Assembly: GCA_963847185.1 (NCBI GenBank) | Contig: CAWJYV010000008.1 | Coordinates: 288,001-352,000 of the forward strand | Direction: 5' to 3' | Origin: an uncultured Methanosarcinaceae archaeon | Lineage (GTDB): Archaea; Halobacteriota; Methanosarcinia; Methanosarcinales; Methanosarcinaceae | Length of the DNA stretch: 64,000 bases | Part shown: positions 11,576-22,029 of the stretch, piece after piece | How positions within the stretch are numbered: position 1 is the first letter of the stretch | How the letters are laid out: every line of letters begins with the position of its first letter | Notes under the pieces: model-generated | Database searches by the model: none | Seen by the model: the letters and a program-made list of their open reading frames with translations, nothing else | What the model was told of the DNA's origin: nothing | Program-made: the position numbers and the translations under genes

Positions 11576-12061
11576 ATGCAGTGCGAAATATGTGGTGCAG
11601 AGATCCGCGGAAAACCTATATGCATTACAATCGACAACAGTGAACTCCAGGTCTGCCAGAAATGTGCCCCTTACGGTAAACCCGTTGATAAGCGAACTCC
11701 CGTTTCAAGAAAGGTCTCTCCGGTAGTTCGTACGGTACCAAGAACTGAAAAGAAACCAAAAAAAGATTTTTTCGATATTTTGAAAGAAGAACTTCTGGAT
11801 AACTATCCTCAGATTATCCGGGATGCCAGAGCAGTCAAAGGCTGGTCTCAGGAAGACCTTGCTGAAAATATCAAGGAAAGAGCAACTTTGATCAAAAAGA
11901 TAGAGCGCAGTGAAATCATACCAGAAGATTCCGTTCGAAAAAAACTGGAACACGCCCTTAATATCAAACTTACGGAACGTGTGGATTCTTCGGGGCAGGA
12001 AGTCTCTCACTTAAAGAAAGACACTACTCTGGGGGATATAGTAAAAATCAAGCGGAAATAA
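11576..12061 (+). CDS. Archaeal multiprotein bridging factor aMBF1
   Basis: CEICG...CQKC zinc ribbon plus HTH, TLGD C-terminus. Confidence 0.9.
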   Translation: MQCEICGAEIRGKPICITIDNSELQVCQKCAPYGKPVDKRTPVSRKVSPVVRTVPRTEKKPKKDFFDILKEELLDNYPQIIRDARAVKGWSQEDLAENIKERATLIKKIERSEIIPEDSVRKKLEHALNIKLTERVDSSGQEVSHLKKDTTLGDIVKIKRK

Positions 12062-12286
12062 ATTTGACTGCAGACTTTACTGCAGACTTTATTTGACAGC
12101 AATATTTAATTCCCAACAGTTTTTCGTTCGGGAATTACGGGTTCAGATCCGAAGAGTGCCGTTCCTTTCCTTTTCCCTCTTCGTTTCTTTACTCTTTAAT
12201 TTTTGCTCACATTTGCTTACGCTTTCTTTTAGTTTTCCTTTTGTTCCTCACAGGATACAGATATGGTTACTGAAAATATTCTCATT

Positions 12287-13129
12287 TTAAATCTCTATTT
12301 CGATGTCATATACTTTCTCAGGATTCTCCTTATGGATGATCCAGAAAGGTTCTTCTCCATATATTTCCATTAGCTTCATGGTTCTTTTGGGAATTGTTTT
12401 TGGGCCAAGTACTGCCCCAGGCCTGTCCGGGTCGTCAATATAATCAGTTTCCATCATAAAGCGCGTTCCTTCTTCAAGAGCCTGCTCAATTGCTCCTTTG
12501 ACTGAGATTACCCCAGGAAATATCCCCAATTCTTCACAGGTCCTTACCAGAGGAGGCGAGTAATGTTTGACTACTCTGTACATTTTGATTCCCGTTCTTC
12601 TCGCCCTTTCTGCTATGTCCTTAAGTTCAGGTTCCCCGACGCTTTCCGTATGGAGCTGAACAGCACAGTCCTGTTCTTTTCCCAGAGAAAAAGCATGCTC
12701 CATAACCTCATTAGAAGCTGTCCAAACCTCTGCAGTTACGGGGTAATGTGGGCGTCCGGACTTAATACCTACAGCAAGGCCTTTTTCCACATATTCTGAA
12801 GCAATCTCAAGACCTTTCTTCATAATTTCCGTAGCTTCTGAAAGTTCCATATATTCGGTAAGCTTTGAGATTTCTGCCGGATGGACCCCGAGGACAGGAA
12901 AAGCTCCAACTCCTATTTCCTTGATCTTTGACGTAAGTTCTACAGTTTCGTCGAAAACTTTGAGATAATCTTCAGGTTTTTTTACCATTACTCCCAGGGA
13001 CCAGCTGGGTTTGCTGACCAGGATTATGTGGGTTCCCCCAGCATTTTTAAATTCCTTCACTGCTTCAAGTCCCCTGGCTCTGGGGTCTATATGCATATGG
13101 TTGTCTGTGATCGGAACTTTTGCAAACAT
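12287..13129 (-). CDS. TatD-related metal-dependent hydrolase
   Basis: DNHMH, GVHP, QLHTE, ETDY; ATG at 13129 after GAGGAG. Confidence 0.85.
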   Translation of the reverse strand: MFAKVPITDNHMHIDPRARGLEAVKEFKNAGGTHIILVSKPSWSLGVMVKKPEDYLKVFDETVELTSKIKEIGVGAFPVLGVHPAEISKLTEYMELSEATEIMKKGLEIASEYVEKGLAVGIKSGRPHYPVTAEVWTASNEVMEHAFSLGKEQDCAVQLHTESVGEPELKDIAERARRTGIKMYRVVKHYSPPLVRTCEELGIFPGVISVKGAIEQALEEGTRFMMETDYIDDPDRPGAVLGPKTIPKRTMKLMEIYGEEPFWIIHKENPEKVYDIEIEI

Positions 13130-13448
13130 TCTTACTCCTCGATGATTCATTGAGGCTCTTAACTTGATTAAGGTTAGTATTTGATTTATCATAAATTGGA
13201 GTAGAATACTTCCGAATCAAAAGATATTGATCTAATCTTTAGATGCGCATAGGAATTTGGATCCTGAATTTTACTTCCTGCGGAGTACTTTTTAGCTTAG
13301 TGTTAATACCCAAAACTTGAAATATATAGTATTACGTTGAGTACGCGGGAAGACGCAATTATTCTTACCATATTTTCGAAAAGTTCCCCTTTTTAGCTTT
13401 TCAATCGCTACTGTTCTTTGAACGCGAACCTTAAGATCCGGTGATGAT

Positions 13449-14477
13449 ATGACTAAAACCGCAGCAGTAATCAAAGGAGACGGGGTAGGCCCCGAACTTG
13501 TAGATGCAATGCTTAAAGTTGCAGAGGCCGCTGGCACAGATATCGAATTCGTTATGTGCGAGGCAGGAGCAGGCTGGTGGGAAAAGAACGGAGGAAATTC
13601 TCTTATTCCTAATGAGACCTGGGAAATTCTTGATAGTTCAGATGCCTGTTTTAAAGGTCCTACAACCACTCCCGGAGGAATCGGCTCCCCCAGAAGTGTA
13701 GCTGTGTCTATCAGGAGGAAATACGACCTCTACGCAAATGTCAGACCAATCAAGACTTTCCCTAACTCAAGTGCACCTCTAGGAGACGTCGAAATGGTCT
13801 GTGTAAGAGAAGGTACTGAAGGACTTTATATTGGAGAGGAAATTCAGCTCACAGATGATGTCTCAATAGCAATCCGAAAGATTACGCGTACTGCATCCAG
13901 CAAAATTGCCAGGTATGCCTTTGAGGAAGCTAAAAGAAGAGGTTATGATGCAGTTGTGCCAATTCATAAAAGTAATATCTTAAAGCTTACCTGTGGCTCA
14001 TTCTTAGAGGAAGTAGAAAAAACGGGAAAGAATTATCCAGACATCGAGATCTGGCTTTATCACATAGACAACATTGCTCAGCAGCTGATCAAAAACCCCC
14101 AGATCTTCAACAAGAAGATTCTCCTTTCCACAAATCTCTTTATGGATGTAATAAGTGAAGAGTGTTCAGCCCTTGTGGGCAGTATAGGACTTATCTATTC
14201 TGCAAATATTGGGGATTCTTTTGCAATGTTTGAACCCGCTCACGGTTCAGCTCCTAAATATGCAGGCCAGGATAAAGTAAATCCTGTGGCAACCGTACTT
14301 GCAGGAGCATGGATGCTTGATTACCTTGGAGAAAAAGATAAGTCAGAAGCTATATTCAAAGCCACAGAACGCGTAATTTCCGAAGGCAAGTATGTAACTT
14401 ATGACCTTGGTGGCAACGCAAAGCTCAGTCAGATGACTGACGAGATTGCAAAGTACACTGCAGAAATTCTCAAATAA
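13449..14477 (+). CDS. Isocitrate/isopropylmalate dehydrogenase family protein
   Basis: GDGVGPE, DLYANVRP, FEPAHGSAPKYAG. Confidence 0.92.
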   Translation: MTKTAAVIKGDGVGPELVDAMLKVAEAAGTDIEFVMCEAGAGWWEKNGGNSLIPNETWEILDSSDACFKGPTTTPGGIGSPRSVAVSIRRKYDLYANVRPIKTFPNSSAPLGDVEMVCVREGTEGLYIGEEIQLTDDVSIAIRKITRTASSKIARYAFEEAKRRGYDAVVPIHKSNILKLTCGSFLEEVEKTGKNYPDIEIWLYHIDNIAQQLIKNPQIFNKKILLSTNLFMDVISEECSALVGSIGLIYSANIGDSFAMFEPAHGSAPKYAGQDKVNPVATVLAGAWMLDYLGEKDKSEAIFKATERVISEGKYVTYDLGGNAKLSQMTDEIAKYTAEILK

Positions 14478-14497
14478 AAATAACTGAAGGAACTCTC

Positions 14498-15835
14498 TTA
14501 TTCCTTCACTTTTTCTGCTTTTTCTTCCTCAGGCTCAACTATTTTTCCTCTATTCTTCAGTTTTCCTCTGCCTGCATGTGCCGGATTGCAAATCGGCTGA
14601 TACAAAAAGTGTTTTTCTACATAGGCAAGGAGCTCTTCGTCTGAGATACAGGAAACCCTTTCTTCATTGTCATAAAGTTTCTGAATTTCTTTCTGGATTC
14701 TCAGAAGCCTTCTATCATCCTTTTCGATTATAGTCTCAATATCAAGAAGGTCATTTAGGGTCTCCTGAACTTTATAGCGAATAACCTCCAGACCTGAAGA
14801 ATCCCCTATCATCAGGAGTCTCTTTCCGCCTACCAGTTCTGGTGGATATGGCTCGTAATTGAAAGGATTTTTGAGGACACCTGCCGCATGAATTCCGGAT
14901 TCATGCGCGAAAATATTTTTGCCAACTACAGCTTTATTTCTCGGGACTCTAAGTCCAAGCTCTTTTTCCATGAATCTTGCAAAACGGGTAACTGGTTCAA
15001 GGTTGTACCTCTCAAAACCTTCAACTCTATCTATCAGGAAAAGCAAAATTTTTTCCATCTCACTGTTTCCTGCACGTTCTCCTATGCCCAGGAAAGTTAC
15101 ACTTGTCCAGTTGGCGCCATGCCAGAATCCTGCAATGGAACTAGCTGACCCAAACCCGTAATCGTCGTGAATATGAGTTTCAATGTTTTTGACTTTTATT
15201 TCTTCTTTAAGATGCTCAACTATTTTCGGGATTCCATAAGGTTCTTCGATATTCATGAAGGGCATCCCATATCCTACTGTATCGCAAACTCTTATTATGC
15301 AGTCCGGGTCGATTTCCATAATTTTTTCAACAAGCGGGAAAACAAAGCCGTAATTATCTGCTCTTGTCATATCTTCCAGGTGCGCCCTTGTGCGAAGTCC
15401 GTGGTCAACTGCATACTGCAGGGCATCAAGATATTTTTCTTCGGCTTCTTCCCTGCCTGAGAGTCTCATCTTGGAAAAAATATGTGTATCTGAGACAGAC
15501 ATCAGAATTCCGGTTTCTTTAATCCCATCTACATCCAGTACTTTGTCGATATCAGCTCTTGAGGCCCTTGCCCACCCAGTAATCTCAGGAAATTCATACC
15601 CTATGTCAAACATAAGGTCTACAGCATCTCTGTCCCTTTTATTGAAAACAAATGCCTCGAGTTTTTCGATTCCTATCTCGTGCAGGTACTCATAGATCTG
15701 AAGCTTGTGTTCTCTGCTCAGGACTATCCCCGGCATCTGAGAGCCGTCGCGAATAGTGCTGTCGCTTATGAATACCTCATTTCCATAAGGCAGCTTTAGT
15801 TTGGGCAGGTCTTCATACGATTCATAAATCTTCAT
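14498..15835 (-). CDS. DRE-TIM acetyl-CoA condensing enzyme (homocitrate/Re-citrate/isopropylmalate synthase family)
   Basis: DSTIRDGSQ, HIHDDYG, GIGERAGN, HESGIH. Confidence 0.88.
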   Translation of the reverse strand: MKIYESYEDLPKLKLPYGNEVFISDSTIRDGSQMPGIVLSREHKLQIYEYLHEIGIEKLEAFVFNKRDRDAVDLMFDIGYEFPEITGWARASRADIDKVLDVDGIKETGILMSVSDTHIFSKMRLSGREEAEEKYLDALQYAVDHGLRTRAHLEDMTRADNYGFVFPLVEKIMEIDPDCIIRVCDTVGYGMPFMNIEEPYGIPKIVEHLKEEIKVKNIETHIHDDYGFGSASSIAGFWHGANWTSVTFLGIGERAGNSEMEKILLFLIDRVEGFERYNLEPVTRFARFMEKELGLRVPRNKAVVGKNIFAHESGIHAAGVLKNPFNYEPYPPELVGGKRLLMIGDSSGLEVIRYKVQETLNDLLDIETIIEKDDRRLLRIQKEIQKLYDNEERVSCISDEELLAYVEKHFLYQPICNPAHAGRGKLKNRGKIVEPEEEKAEKVKE

Positions 15836-16316
15836 CGCTTTTCCTCCTTCCTTTGGTGGCAGGGCCCTTCATCGAGCGAGTGGGCTTCACTGCTGGCGAT
15901 TTCTTTTAAAAAATATTTTCAGGTGTACTGGTTAGAAAAATAAGTTTATTTAACCGAAGAACTTCAGCTTCTTGTTTAAAAAACACTGTTATTTGAGTTG
16001 AGGAATATCATTAATTTTGGAAATATTCCTCACTTTTCCTATGATCTCTAAATTTAGATGCCAATGATTCTTATTCGCCAACGATCATTATTCAGATGCC
16101 AGTGATCATATGATATGTTGTTCTGGTTAAAATCTCTTTCTTTTAAAATCTTTAATGTATTTTTTCTCTTTTTATTTTATTGAATTTTAGCCAGTTTTCG
16201 TGAGTTATTGAACAAGTAAGAAAAAGCAAGTGCATTCCTATATTTGAGAGAAATAGAGAGATTCTTATGCTTACTTTTTTCAACAGCTCATGCCTGTTAC
16301 CTGAATTTTAATCACT

Positions 16317-16432
16317 AGAACTTACGCGGTTGAGCCGAATAATCAACGGCGTTAAATCTTCAACTGTCTAAAGTGCAGATTTAGTAATGATGTTTATTGA
16401 TCTTGATTTTGAGCCACAAGTGCGTAAATCCT
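16317..16432. mobile_element. MITE of about 115 bp, copy 1
   Basis: Imperfect terminal inverted repeats (AGAACTTACGC / GCGTAAATCCT); aligns over its length with the reverse complement of 36605-36714. Confidence 0.7.
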
Positions 16433-16672
16433 CTCTACTATAATAATTAATGGAAGCTACTCTTTTAAGCAAAGGTACTACTCTTATTTTTCTCTCAATA
16501 GAATTTATTATTCTTCTACAAAATCTCTGCTAAATATCCATTTTCCCTGCAAATATAAAATTTTCTTACGAATATTTTTTACTTATTTTTACTGTTTCAT
16601 GAAAGTTTACTTTCCTACCATGCCCTTCTTATTGATAATAAGGTATATCTATAACAAATTATATTTATATTC

Positions 16673-16716
16673 GGGTTGATCTAAAAACCTCTAAGGGTTG
16701 ATCTAAAAACTTCTAA
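16673..16716. repeat. Two tandem 22-bp direct repeats upstream of the cbi operon
   Basis: GGGTTGATCTAAAAACCTCTAA / GGGTTGATCTAAAAACTTCTAA. Confidence 0.8.
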
Positions 16717-16873
16717 TCTATTATGGTCTTTATATCTGCTTTACAAAATTGGTATTTATAGGAGAGTTCTTGTGATCTACTTCCTGTAAATCTTATCTAG
16801 TAAAAATGAAAACTATCGACGTATATTTAATTTTCATTTCATGTATTTGCTTTACTTAATCCCGAGGTAGAAC

Positions 16874-17428
16874 ATGTCCGAAATAGTAAGTGTTAGCGGT
16901 GGTCCAACAAAACCTGAAATCATTGCTGTGTCTCTTTCCAAACTCGGGTTGAGAGACGGGGATCGGTTTGCAGACGTAGGCTGTGGAACGGGATCAGTGT
17001 CCATTGAGGCAGCTAAGATCGCCCGAAACCTGACTATTTATGCAATAGATGCCCGCGATGAAGCTCTGAGAGTCACTGAAACGAATTTTAGGAATTTCAA
17101 TATTACGAATGCCAGGCTCCTTGCCGGTGAAGCTTCAGATATCCTTGGTTCTGGTGAGTTTATTGATTCAATTGACTGTGCTTTTGTAGGTGGGACAAAA
17201 AATATTGCCTCAATACTTGAGATACTTGTGGAGAAAAAAGTCCGGAGCATTGTCGTAAACGCCGTCCGGATTGAGACAGTTGTCAGGACTATTGAAGCAA
17301 TGAAAAAACTTGGAATTTTCGATGAAGTGGTCCACGTCTCTGTCTCGAGAAGTGCTCCTATTGCCGGAGAAACTATGTTTAAACCTGAAAACCCAGTCTA
17401 CATCGTCGTTGGAAAAACACAGAACTAA
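16874..17428 (+). CDS. cbiT: Cobalt-precorrin-6B C15-methyltransferase (decarboxylating)
   Basis: GGPTKPE, DVGCGTGSV SAM motif; first gene of the cbi cluster. Confidence 0.92.
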   Translation: MSEIVSVSGGPTKPEIIAVSLSKLGLRDGDRFADVGCGTGSVSIEAAKIARNLTIYAIDARDEALRVTETNFRNFNITNARLLAGEASDILGSGEFIDSIDCAFVGGTKNIASILEILVEKKVRSIVVNAVRIETVVRTIEAMKKLGIFDEVVHVSVSRSAPIAGETMFKPENPVYIVVGKTQN

Positions 17429-17497
17429 ACATAAACGTTGTCCTTTAGCTAAATTTTGCTTTAATATTTATTTTTCATAAACTTATGGAGCGATAAT

Positions 17498-18106
17498 ATG
17501 TTAATAGGAGTAGGACTTGGTCCCGGAGACCCTGAACTTTTGACCCTGAAAGCAGTAAATATTTTGAAAAACAGCGATAAAGTATATGTGCCAGGGCGCA
17601 TGGCAAAAAATCTTGTTGCCCCTTATGCAGATGCGGAAATTCTTGATTTCCCCATGATCAGGGATATTGAAGTTCTCAATGCACTCTGGAAAGAGAATGC
17701 TGATAGGGTGGCAGAGGAAGCAAGGAGAGGAACTGTAGTTTTCGGGCTTATAGGCGATCCTAACTTTTTCTCTACCTTTACTCACCTGAAGAAGGTTATG
17801 CGCAAACATTATCCTGATGTTGAGGTTACAACAGTACCAGGAATAAGTTCAATCACCTCCTTTGCTGCCAGAACTGATGTCGCAGTTGAGAGTTCTTTTG
17901 AGGTCAGTGACGGTTCAGCTATCGGGTATAAAATCCACCTGAAAGCTACACAGCCGCAGGCAATAGTTAAACAGCTCGAAGCTGAAGGATATAACGAATT
18001 CATCTTTGCGGAAAGGCTCTTTTCGGACAACGAACTTATAATCTGCAAGAAAGAAGAGATCCCCGAAAAAGGGAACTATTTTAGCATCATCTATGGAAAA
18101 AAGTGA
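17498..18106 (+). CDS. cbiL: Cobalt-factor II C20-methyltransferase
   Basis: [30 protein letters not shown]. Confidence 0.9.
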   Translation: MLIGVGLGPGDPELLTLKAVNILKNSDKVYVPGRMAKNLVAPYADAEILDFPMIRDIEVLNALWKENADRVAEEARRGTVVFGLIGDPNFFSTFTHLKKVMRKHYPDVEVTTVPGISSITSFAARTDVAVESSFEVSDGSAIGYKIHLKATQPQAIVKQLEAEGYNEFIFAERLFSDNELIICKKEEIPEKGNYFSIIYGKK

Positions 18107-18132
18107 TACAGGAAAGTAGAGGGAATGGTCAG

Positions 18133-18861
18133 ATGGAAAGAAAAGTATATTTTGTAGGTGCAGGTCCCGGGAACCCAAAACTCATTACCGTACTCGGGCG
18201 TGAAATGCTTGAAAAAGCTGACCTTGTAATTTATGCAGGTTCTCTGGTAAATCCCGAGGTTCTTAATTACACGAAGGGGGAAACCGTTGATAGCTATGGT
18301 TTAACTCTTGAAGAGACAACTAAAATAACTGCAGACGCTGTGGACGCAGGAAAATTCGTTGTTCGTCTCCACAGTGGAGATCCCTCCCTCTATGGGTCTG
18401 TCATAGAGCAGATGGAAGAGCTCAGAACGTACGATATCGAAGTCGAAAGAGTTGCAGGGGTCTCATCAGTTTTTGCAAGCGCAGCCGCTCTTGGCACTCA
18501 GCTTACTCTTAATGGTGTTTCAGATACTCTTATTATCACCCGTCCTGCCGGAAAAACCCTGGAAAAAGATCTTATCCCGGAGCTTTCTGCCTTTAATACA
18601 ACAATGGCAATTTTCCTGGGCACACAGAAGATCAGGGAAATTATGGAGAAAGTCCGCTGTCCGAAAGACACTCCTGTAGCAGTTGTTTTCCATGCATCGT
18701 GGGAAGATGAGGAAGTTATTATCGGGACTGTGGAAGATATTGCGGACAAGGTGAAGGATGCGGGGATTAAACGATCAGCAATGATAATAATCGGCGGGGT
18801 TGTTGACCCTAAAAATTACAGGAGGTCCTATTTATACGGAGTAGCCCAGGAACCGTTGTAA
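18133..18861 (+). CDS. cbiF: Cobalt-precorrin-4 C11-methyltransferase
   Basis: [26 protein letters not shown]. Confidence 0.93.
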   Translation: MERKVYFVGAGPGNPKLITVLGREMLEKADLVIYAGSLVNPEVLNYTKGETVDSYGLTLEETTKITADAVDAGKFVVRLHSGDPSLYGSVIEQMEELRTYDIEVERVAGVSSVFASAAALGTQLTLNGVSDTLIITRPAGKTLEKDLIPELSAFNTTMAIFLGTQKIREIMEKVRCPKDTPVAVVFHASWEDEEVIIGTVEDIADKVKDAGIKRSAMIIIGGVVDPKNYRRSYLYGVAQEPL

Positions 18862-19400
18862 TTACCTTTGAAAGGAATAGAGAAGTTGCAGCAAGGATAG
18901 CCGAACATTTGAAAGCTGATCTGCTTCTCTATGAAAAGGGTATATTTGAAGAAGTTTTCAAAAACTATGGGGCAATAGTTGCAGTCTTTGCCACAGGCAT
19001 TGTGGTTAGAGATATTGCTCCTCTTCTCGATAGCAAATGGTCGGATCCCGCTGTAGTTGTAGTAGATTCAAATCTGAGCTTTGCAATTCCTCTTCTTGGA
19101 GGGCATCACGGGGCAAATGAGGTTGCTCGAAAAATCTCGGAACTGGGAGCAATCCCTGTGCTTACAACGGCTACGGAAGTTCATGGTAAGCCCTCAGTAG
19201 AAGGCATTGCAGACAGATTAAGTTGCCAGATTTTCAATAAAGAATCAACTGTAGCTGTAAACTGTGCACTTCTTGACCAGGATGTAGAAGTTCTTGAGGT
19301 TAAAGGACCCAAGATTGTTGTTGTGGATGAGAATGTATCCGTACTGGTAAGAAATCGGCAGGAGACAGCAAAAGTAAAGGACAGGAGAGGTAATAGCTAA
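18834..19400 (+). CDS. cbiG: Cobalt-precorrin-5A hydrolase, N-terminal part
   Basis: [24 protein letters not shown]; start uncertain (ATA at 18834 after GGAGGT, or TTG at 18909). Confidence 0.85.
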   Translation: MRSSPGTVVITFERNREVAARIAEHLKADLLLYEKGIFEEVFKNYGAIVAVFATGIVVRDIAPLLDSKWSDPAVVVVDSNLSFAIPLLGGHHGANEVARKISELGAIPVLTTATEVHGKPSVEGIADRLSCQIFNKESTVAVNCALLDQDVEVLEVKGPKIVVVDENVSVLVRNRQETAKVKDRRGNS

Positions 19401-19459
19401 CGAGTTAACAGTCAACTGGTCGGCAACTGAGTTAATAATTAGTGGAAAAAAGATCACAA

Positions 19460-19813
19460 ATGATCATTGGAATCGGAACTCGCAGGGGAATTACAAAAGA
19501 AGAAGTTATCGAAGCCGTGCATCAGGCACTTGATGAATGCGGCCTGAACCTTGAAGAGATCACATCTCTTGCCTCTGCGAAACTTAAGGAAAATGAACAA
19601 GGGCTTCTGGAAGCGGGAGAGATGCTTGGTATTCCGGTGGATTTTTTGCCGGATGAACAGCTCAATAGCTATAACCCCCCTTCATTATCTCAGGCTTCTC
19701 GCTTTGGATTAAAAGGAGTTGCAGAACCTGCAGCTCTTGCCCTCTCTGAAGAAAAACAATTGATTTGCAGGAAGAAAGTATATGGCAGAGTCACAATCGC
19801 AATCGCAAAGTAA
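19460..19813 (+). CDS. CbiG C-terminal/CobE-like protein
   Basis: IIGIGTRRG, GVAEPAAL, VTIAIA. Confidence 0.88.
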   Translation: MIIGIGTRRGITKEEVIEAVHQALDECGLNLEEITSLASAKLKENEQGLLEAGEMLGIPVDFLPDEQLNSYNPPSLSQASRFGLKGVAEPAALALSEEKQLICRKKVYGRVTIAIAK

Positions 19814-20582
19814 GGAAACCGGAGGAAAACTCTACATCGTAGGGATTGGGCCGGGGTCTGTGGAACAGATGACGGTCAAAGCTAGAGATGTAATCCTTAA
19901 CGCCGATTATGTGCTCGGGAACAGTACTTACCTAGACCAGATAGGGAGTCTCCTTGGAACTCAGGAAGTAATCCGCAGCTATATGGGTAAAGAGGTTGAG
20001 AGAGCCAGAAAGGCTGTGGAGCTTGCAAAAATTGCAAATGTTGTAATGGTTAGTGGCGGCGATACCAATGTCTATGGAATGGCAGGTATTGTGCTTGAGG
20101 TCGCTGAACACGAAGGCCTTGAAGTTGATATCGAAATTCTTCCCGGAGTTACTGCAATTCTGGCAGGGGCAAGTATGCTCGGAGCTCCTGTTGTAACGGA
20201 TTTTGCAGTTGTCAGCCTGAGTGACCTTCTGACTCCCTGGGATGTAATTGAAAAGAGGCTTAACCTTGCTGCAGAAGCCGATTTTGTAATGGCTCTCTAC
20301 AACCCCAAAAGCCGCAAAAGACAGTCCAACTTTTCAAGAGCAATCGAAATAATCCGCCAGTATAAAGCCGACTCTGTGCCTGTGGGGCTTGTTAAGAACG
20401 CTCTGAGAGGGGAAGGCGAGGACAGGGTTGTAACAACCCTGGGTAAGGTCATGGAATATGAAGATTGGGTAGATATGAGCACTACGATTCTCGTTGGAAA
20501 TGGAGACTCCAGGATCTGGAATTCTCAAAAGAAAGATTTCATAATCACTCCCAGGGGGTATCATAAAAAGTATGACTACTGA
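19782..20582 (+). CDS. cbiH: Cobalt-precorrin-3B C17-methyltransferase
   Basis: YIVGIGPG, SLSDLLTPW, YNPKS, TPRGY. Confidence 0.93.
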   Translation: MAESQSQSQSKETGGKLYIVGIGPGSVEQMTVKARDVILNADYVLGNSTYLDQIGSLLGTQEVIRSYMGKEVERARKAVELAKIANVVMVSGGDTNVYGMAGIVLEVAEHEGLEVDIEILPGVTAILAGASMLGAPVVTDFAVVSLSDLLTPWDVIEKRLNLAAEADFVMALYNPKSRKRQSNFSRAIEIIRQYKADSVPVGLVKNALRGEGEDRVVTTLGKVMEYEDWVDMSTTILVGNGDSRIWNSQKKDFIITPRGYHKKYDY

Positions 20583-21303
20583 AAAGAGTTTTAGTTGTAA
20601 AGCCGGAAACCTCGAAAACCTTGATGAGCTTACCGAGCTTACAGTTGATGTTGATTCCGAACTTGTAAAAATCTGCAAGGATTCCGGGGCGAGGACCGAA
20701 GAAGCCAAGGCTATCTACATGAAAAGTCGGACAATGATCCAGGAACTTATCGGGAATAAGACGCCTGAAGACCGTTTCCGCCAGCGCTGCGTTATTGCCA
20801 CCGGAGATCTTTCGGTTGCAGACATCATGCGTTTTATGCATGATCCAATCTCTGCAGGTGTAGAAGCAATTAAAAAAGGTGCCCCGATTTTCGTAGATAT
20901 TAATATGGTAAAAGCCGGGATTACAAAGGCAGGGCATAAGTCCGAGATTATCTGTGTACTCGATGAAGATCCTGGTGCTGAAATTGCCAATAAGTACGGG
21001 ATAACCCGTACTTCTGCGGGTTTCCTGGCTGCTAGGGACCGACTTGATGGAAGCATTATTGCGATCGGGAATGCGCCTTCTGCCCTTATAATGGTCTGCA
21101 AACTTATTGAAAAAGGTGTGAGGCCAGCCCTTATTATCGGTCTTCCGGTAGGTTTCGTAAATGCAGCCGAGTCCAGAGAACTGGTCAGAAATCTGAAAAT
21201 TCCTGTTCCCTCCATAAGCTGTGTCGGGACAAGAGGTGGAACTCCGATGGCTGTTGCATGCGTAAACGAGCTTGTAGCAATCGCAAGGGAAAGTGAAGAA
21301 TAA
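20572..21303 (+). CDS. cbiC: Cobalt-precorrin-8 methylmutase
   Basis: IGNAPSAL, GLPVGFVNAAES, GTRGG. Confidence 0.93.
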   Translation: MTTEKSFSCKAGNLENLDELTELTVDVDSELVKICKDSGARTEEAKAIYMKSRTMIQELIGNKTPEDRFRQRCVIATGDLSVADIMRFMHDPISAGVEAIKKGAPIFVDINMVKAGITKAGHKSEIICVLDEDPGAEIANKYGITRTSAGFLAARDRLDGSIIAIGNAPSALIMVCKLIEKGVRPALIIGLPVGFVNAAESRELVRNLKIPVPSISCVGTRGGTPMAVACVNELVAIARESEE

Positions 21304-21583
21304 CACTTTTCCCAATTCCTTTCCTTTTTGCTTCTTACTTCACTTTATATTTTTAGCTTTATTTTTTCTTTTGATTGATTGACCTTTAGAATTTTTTATT
21401 TGGTATGGTTCTCATTTTTCACATAGTGCTCTAAGAAGACTCAGGCCAAATATCGAACTAATCTTCTACCAAAAACGATAATTGAAACTATTTTATACAA
21501 TCTGTCATATATAGTCCTCCGATTAAAAAATAAAAATTGGGGTTTCATTTTTTAAGTTTTTCTGTAGTTGGAGGAGGTCATTT

Positions 21584-21655
21584 ATGTCTGGAGAAATAAA
21601 GTTCGGTATCGAGTTCAGTAAGCTCAGTATAAAAGCAGGAGACAGAGAGGGATAA
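21584..21655 (+). CDS. 23-aa ORF MSGEIKFGIEFSKLSIKAGDREG (uORF or gene remnant)
   Basis: Strong SD GGAGGAGGT; stops 1 nt before the next ATG. Confidence 0.4.
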   Translation: MSGEIKFGIEFSKLSIKAGDREG

Positions 21656-21656
21656 T

Positions 21657-21890
21657 ATGGTCTGTCCTGTGTGTGTGGCTGGGGGAATAGGGTATGTACT
21701 CTGTCGGTTTCTTGGGTTTCCTGAAGTTGTTATGGCTTTTGTGCTCGGAATGCTGGCGACTTCGACGGCGTACTGGGTGAATCATGAAATGGGCAAAAAA
21801 TGGAAAAGAAGAAAAGGCCAGCTTGTGGCACTTAATATCCTGTCAGGGATTATGTTTTTGGGTTCGCTCAAGTTATTCGGATTGTGGTAG
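21657..21890 (+). CDS. Small membrane protein with N-terminal CPVC motif
   Basis: MVCPVCVAGG, 2-3 hydrophobic segments, SD GAGGG. Confidence 0.7.
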   Translation: MVCPVCVAGGIGYVLCRFLGFPEVVMAFVLGMLATSTAYWVNHEMGKKWKRRKGQLVALNILSGIMFLGSLKLFGLW

Positions 21891-22029
21891 AGTCGGGAAC
21901 TCTCTTCTACCACATTAGGATTAAAGTTTTGATCCCTTTAAATTCCAATTTTTCTTTTAAGATCGGGAATTTTTACATCCGTATTTTAACTGCTTATTTT
22001 GCTGGTTTAATTCTACTTTTTTATTTTTC

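Noticed and set aside
12066-12091. Short tandem duplications (ACTGCAGACTTT x2 here; similar cases at about 36747-36780 and 55331-55378)
   Set aside because: Two-copy slippage-type duplications with no sign of function
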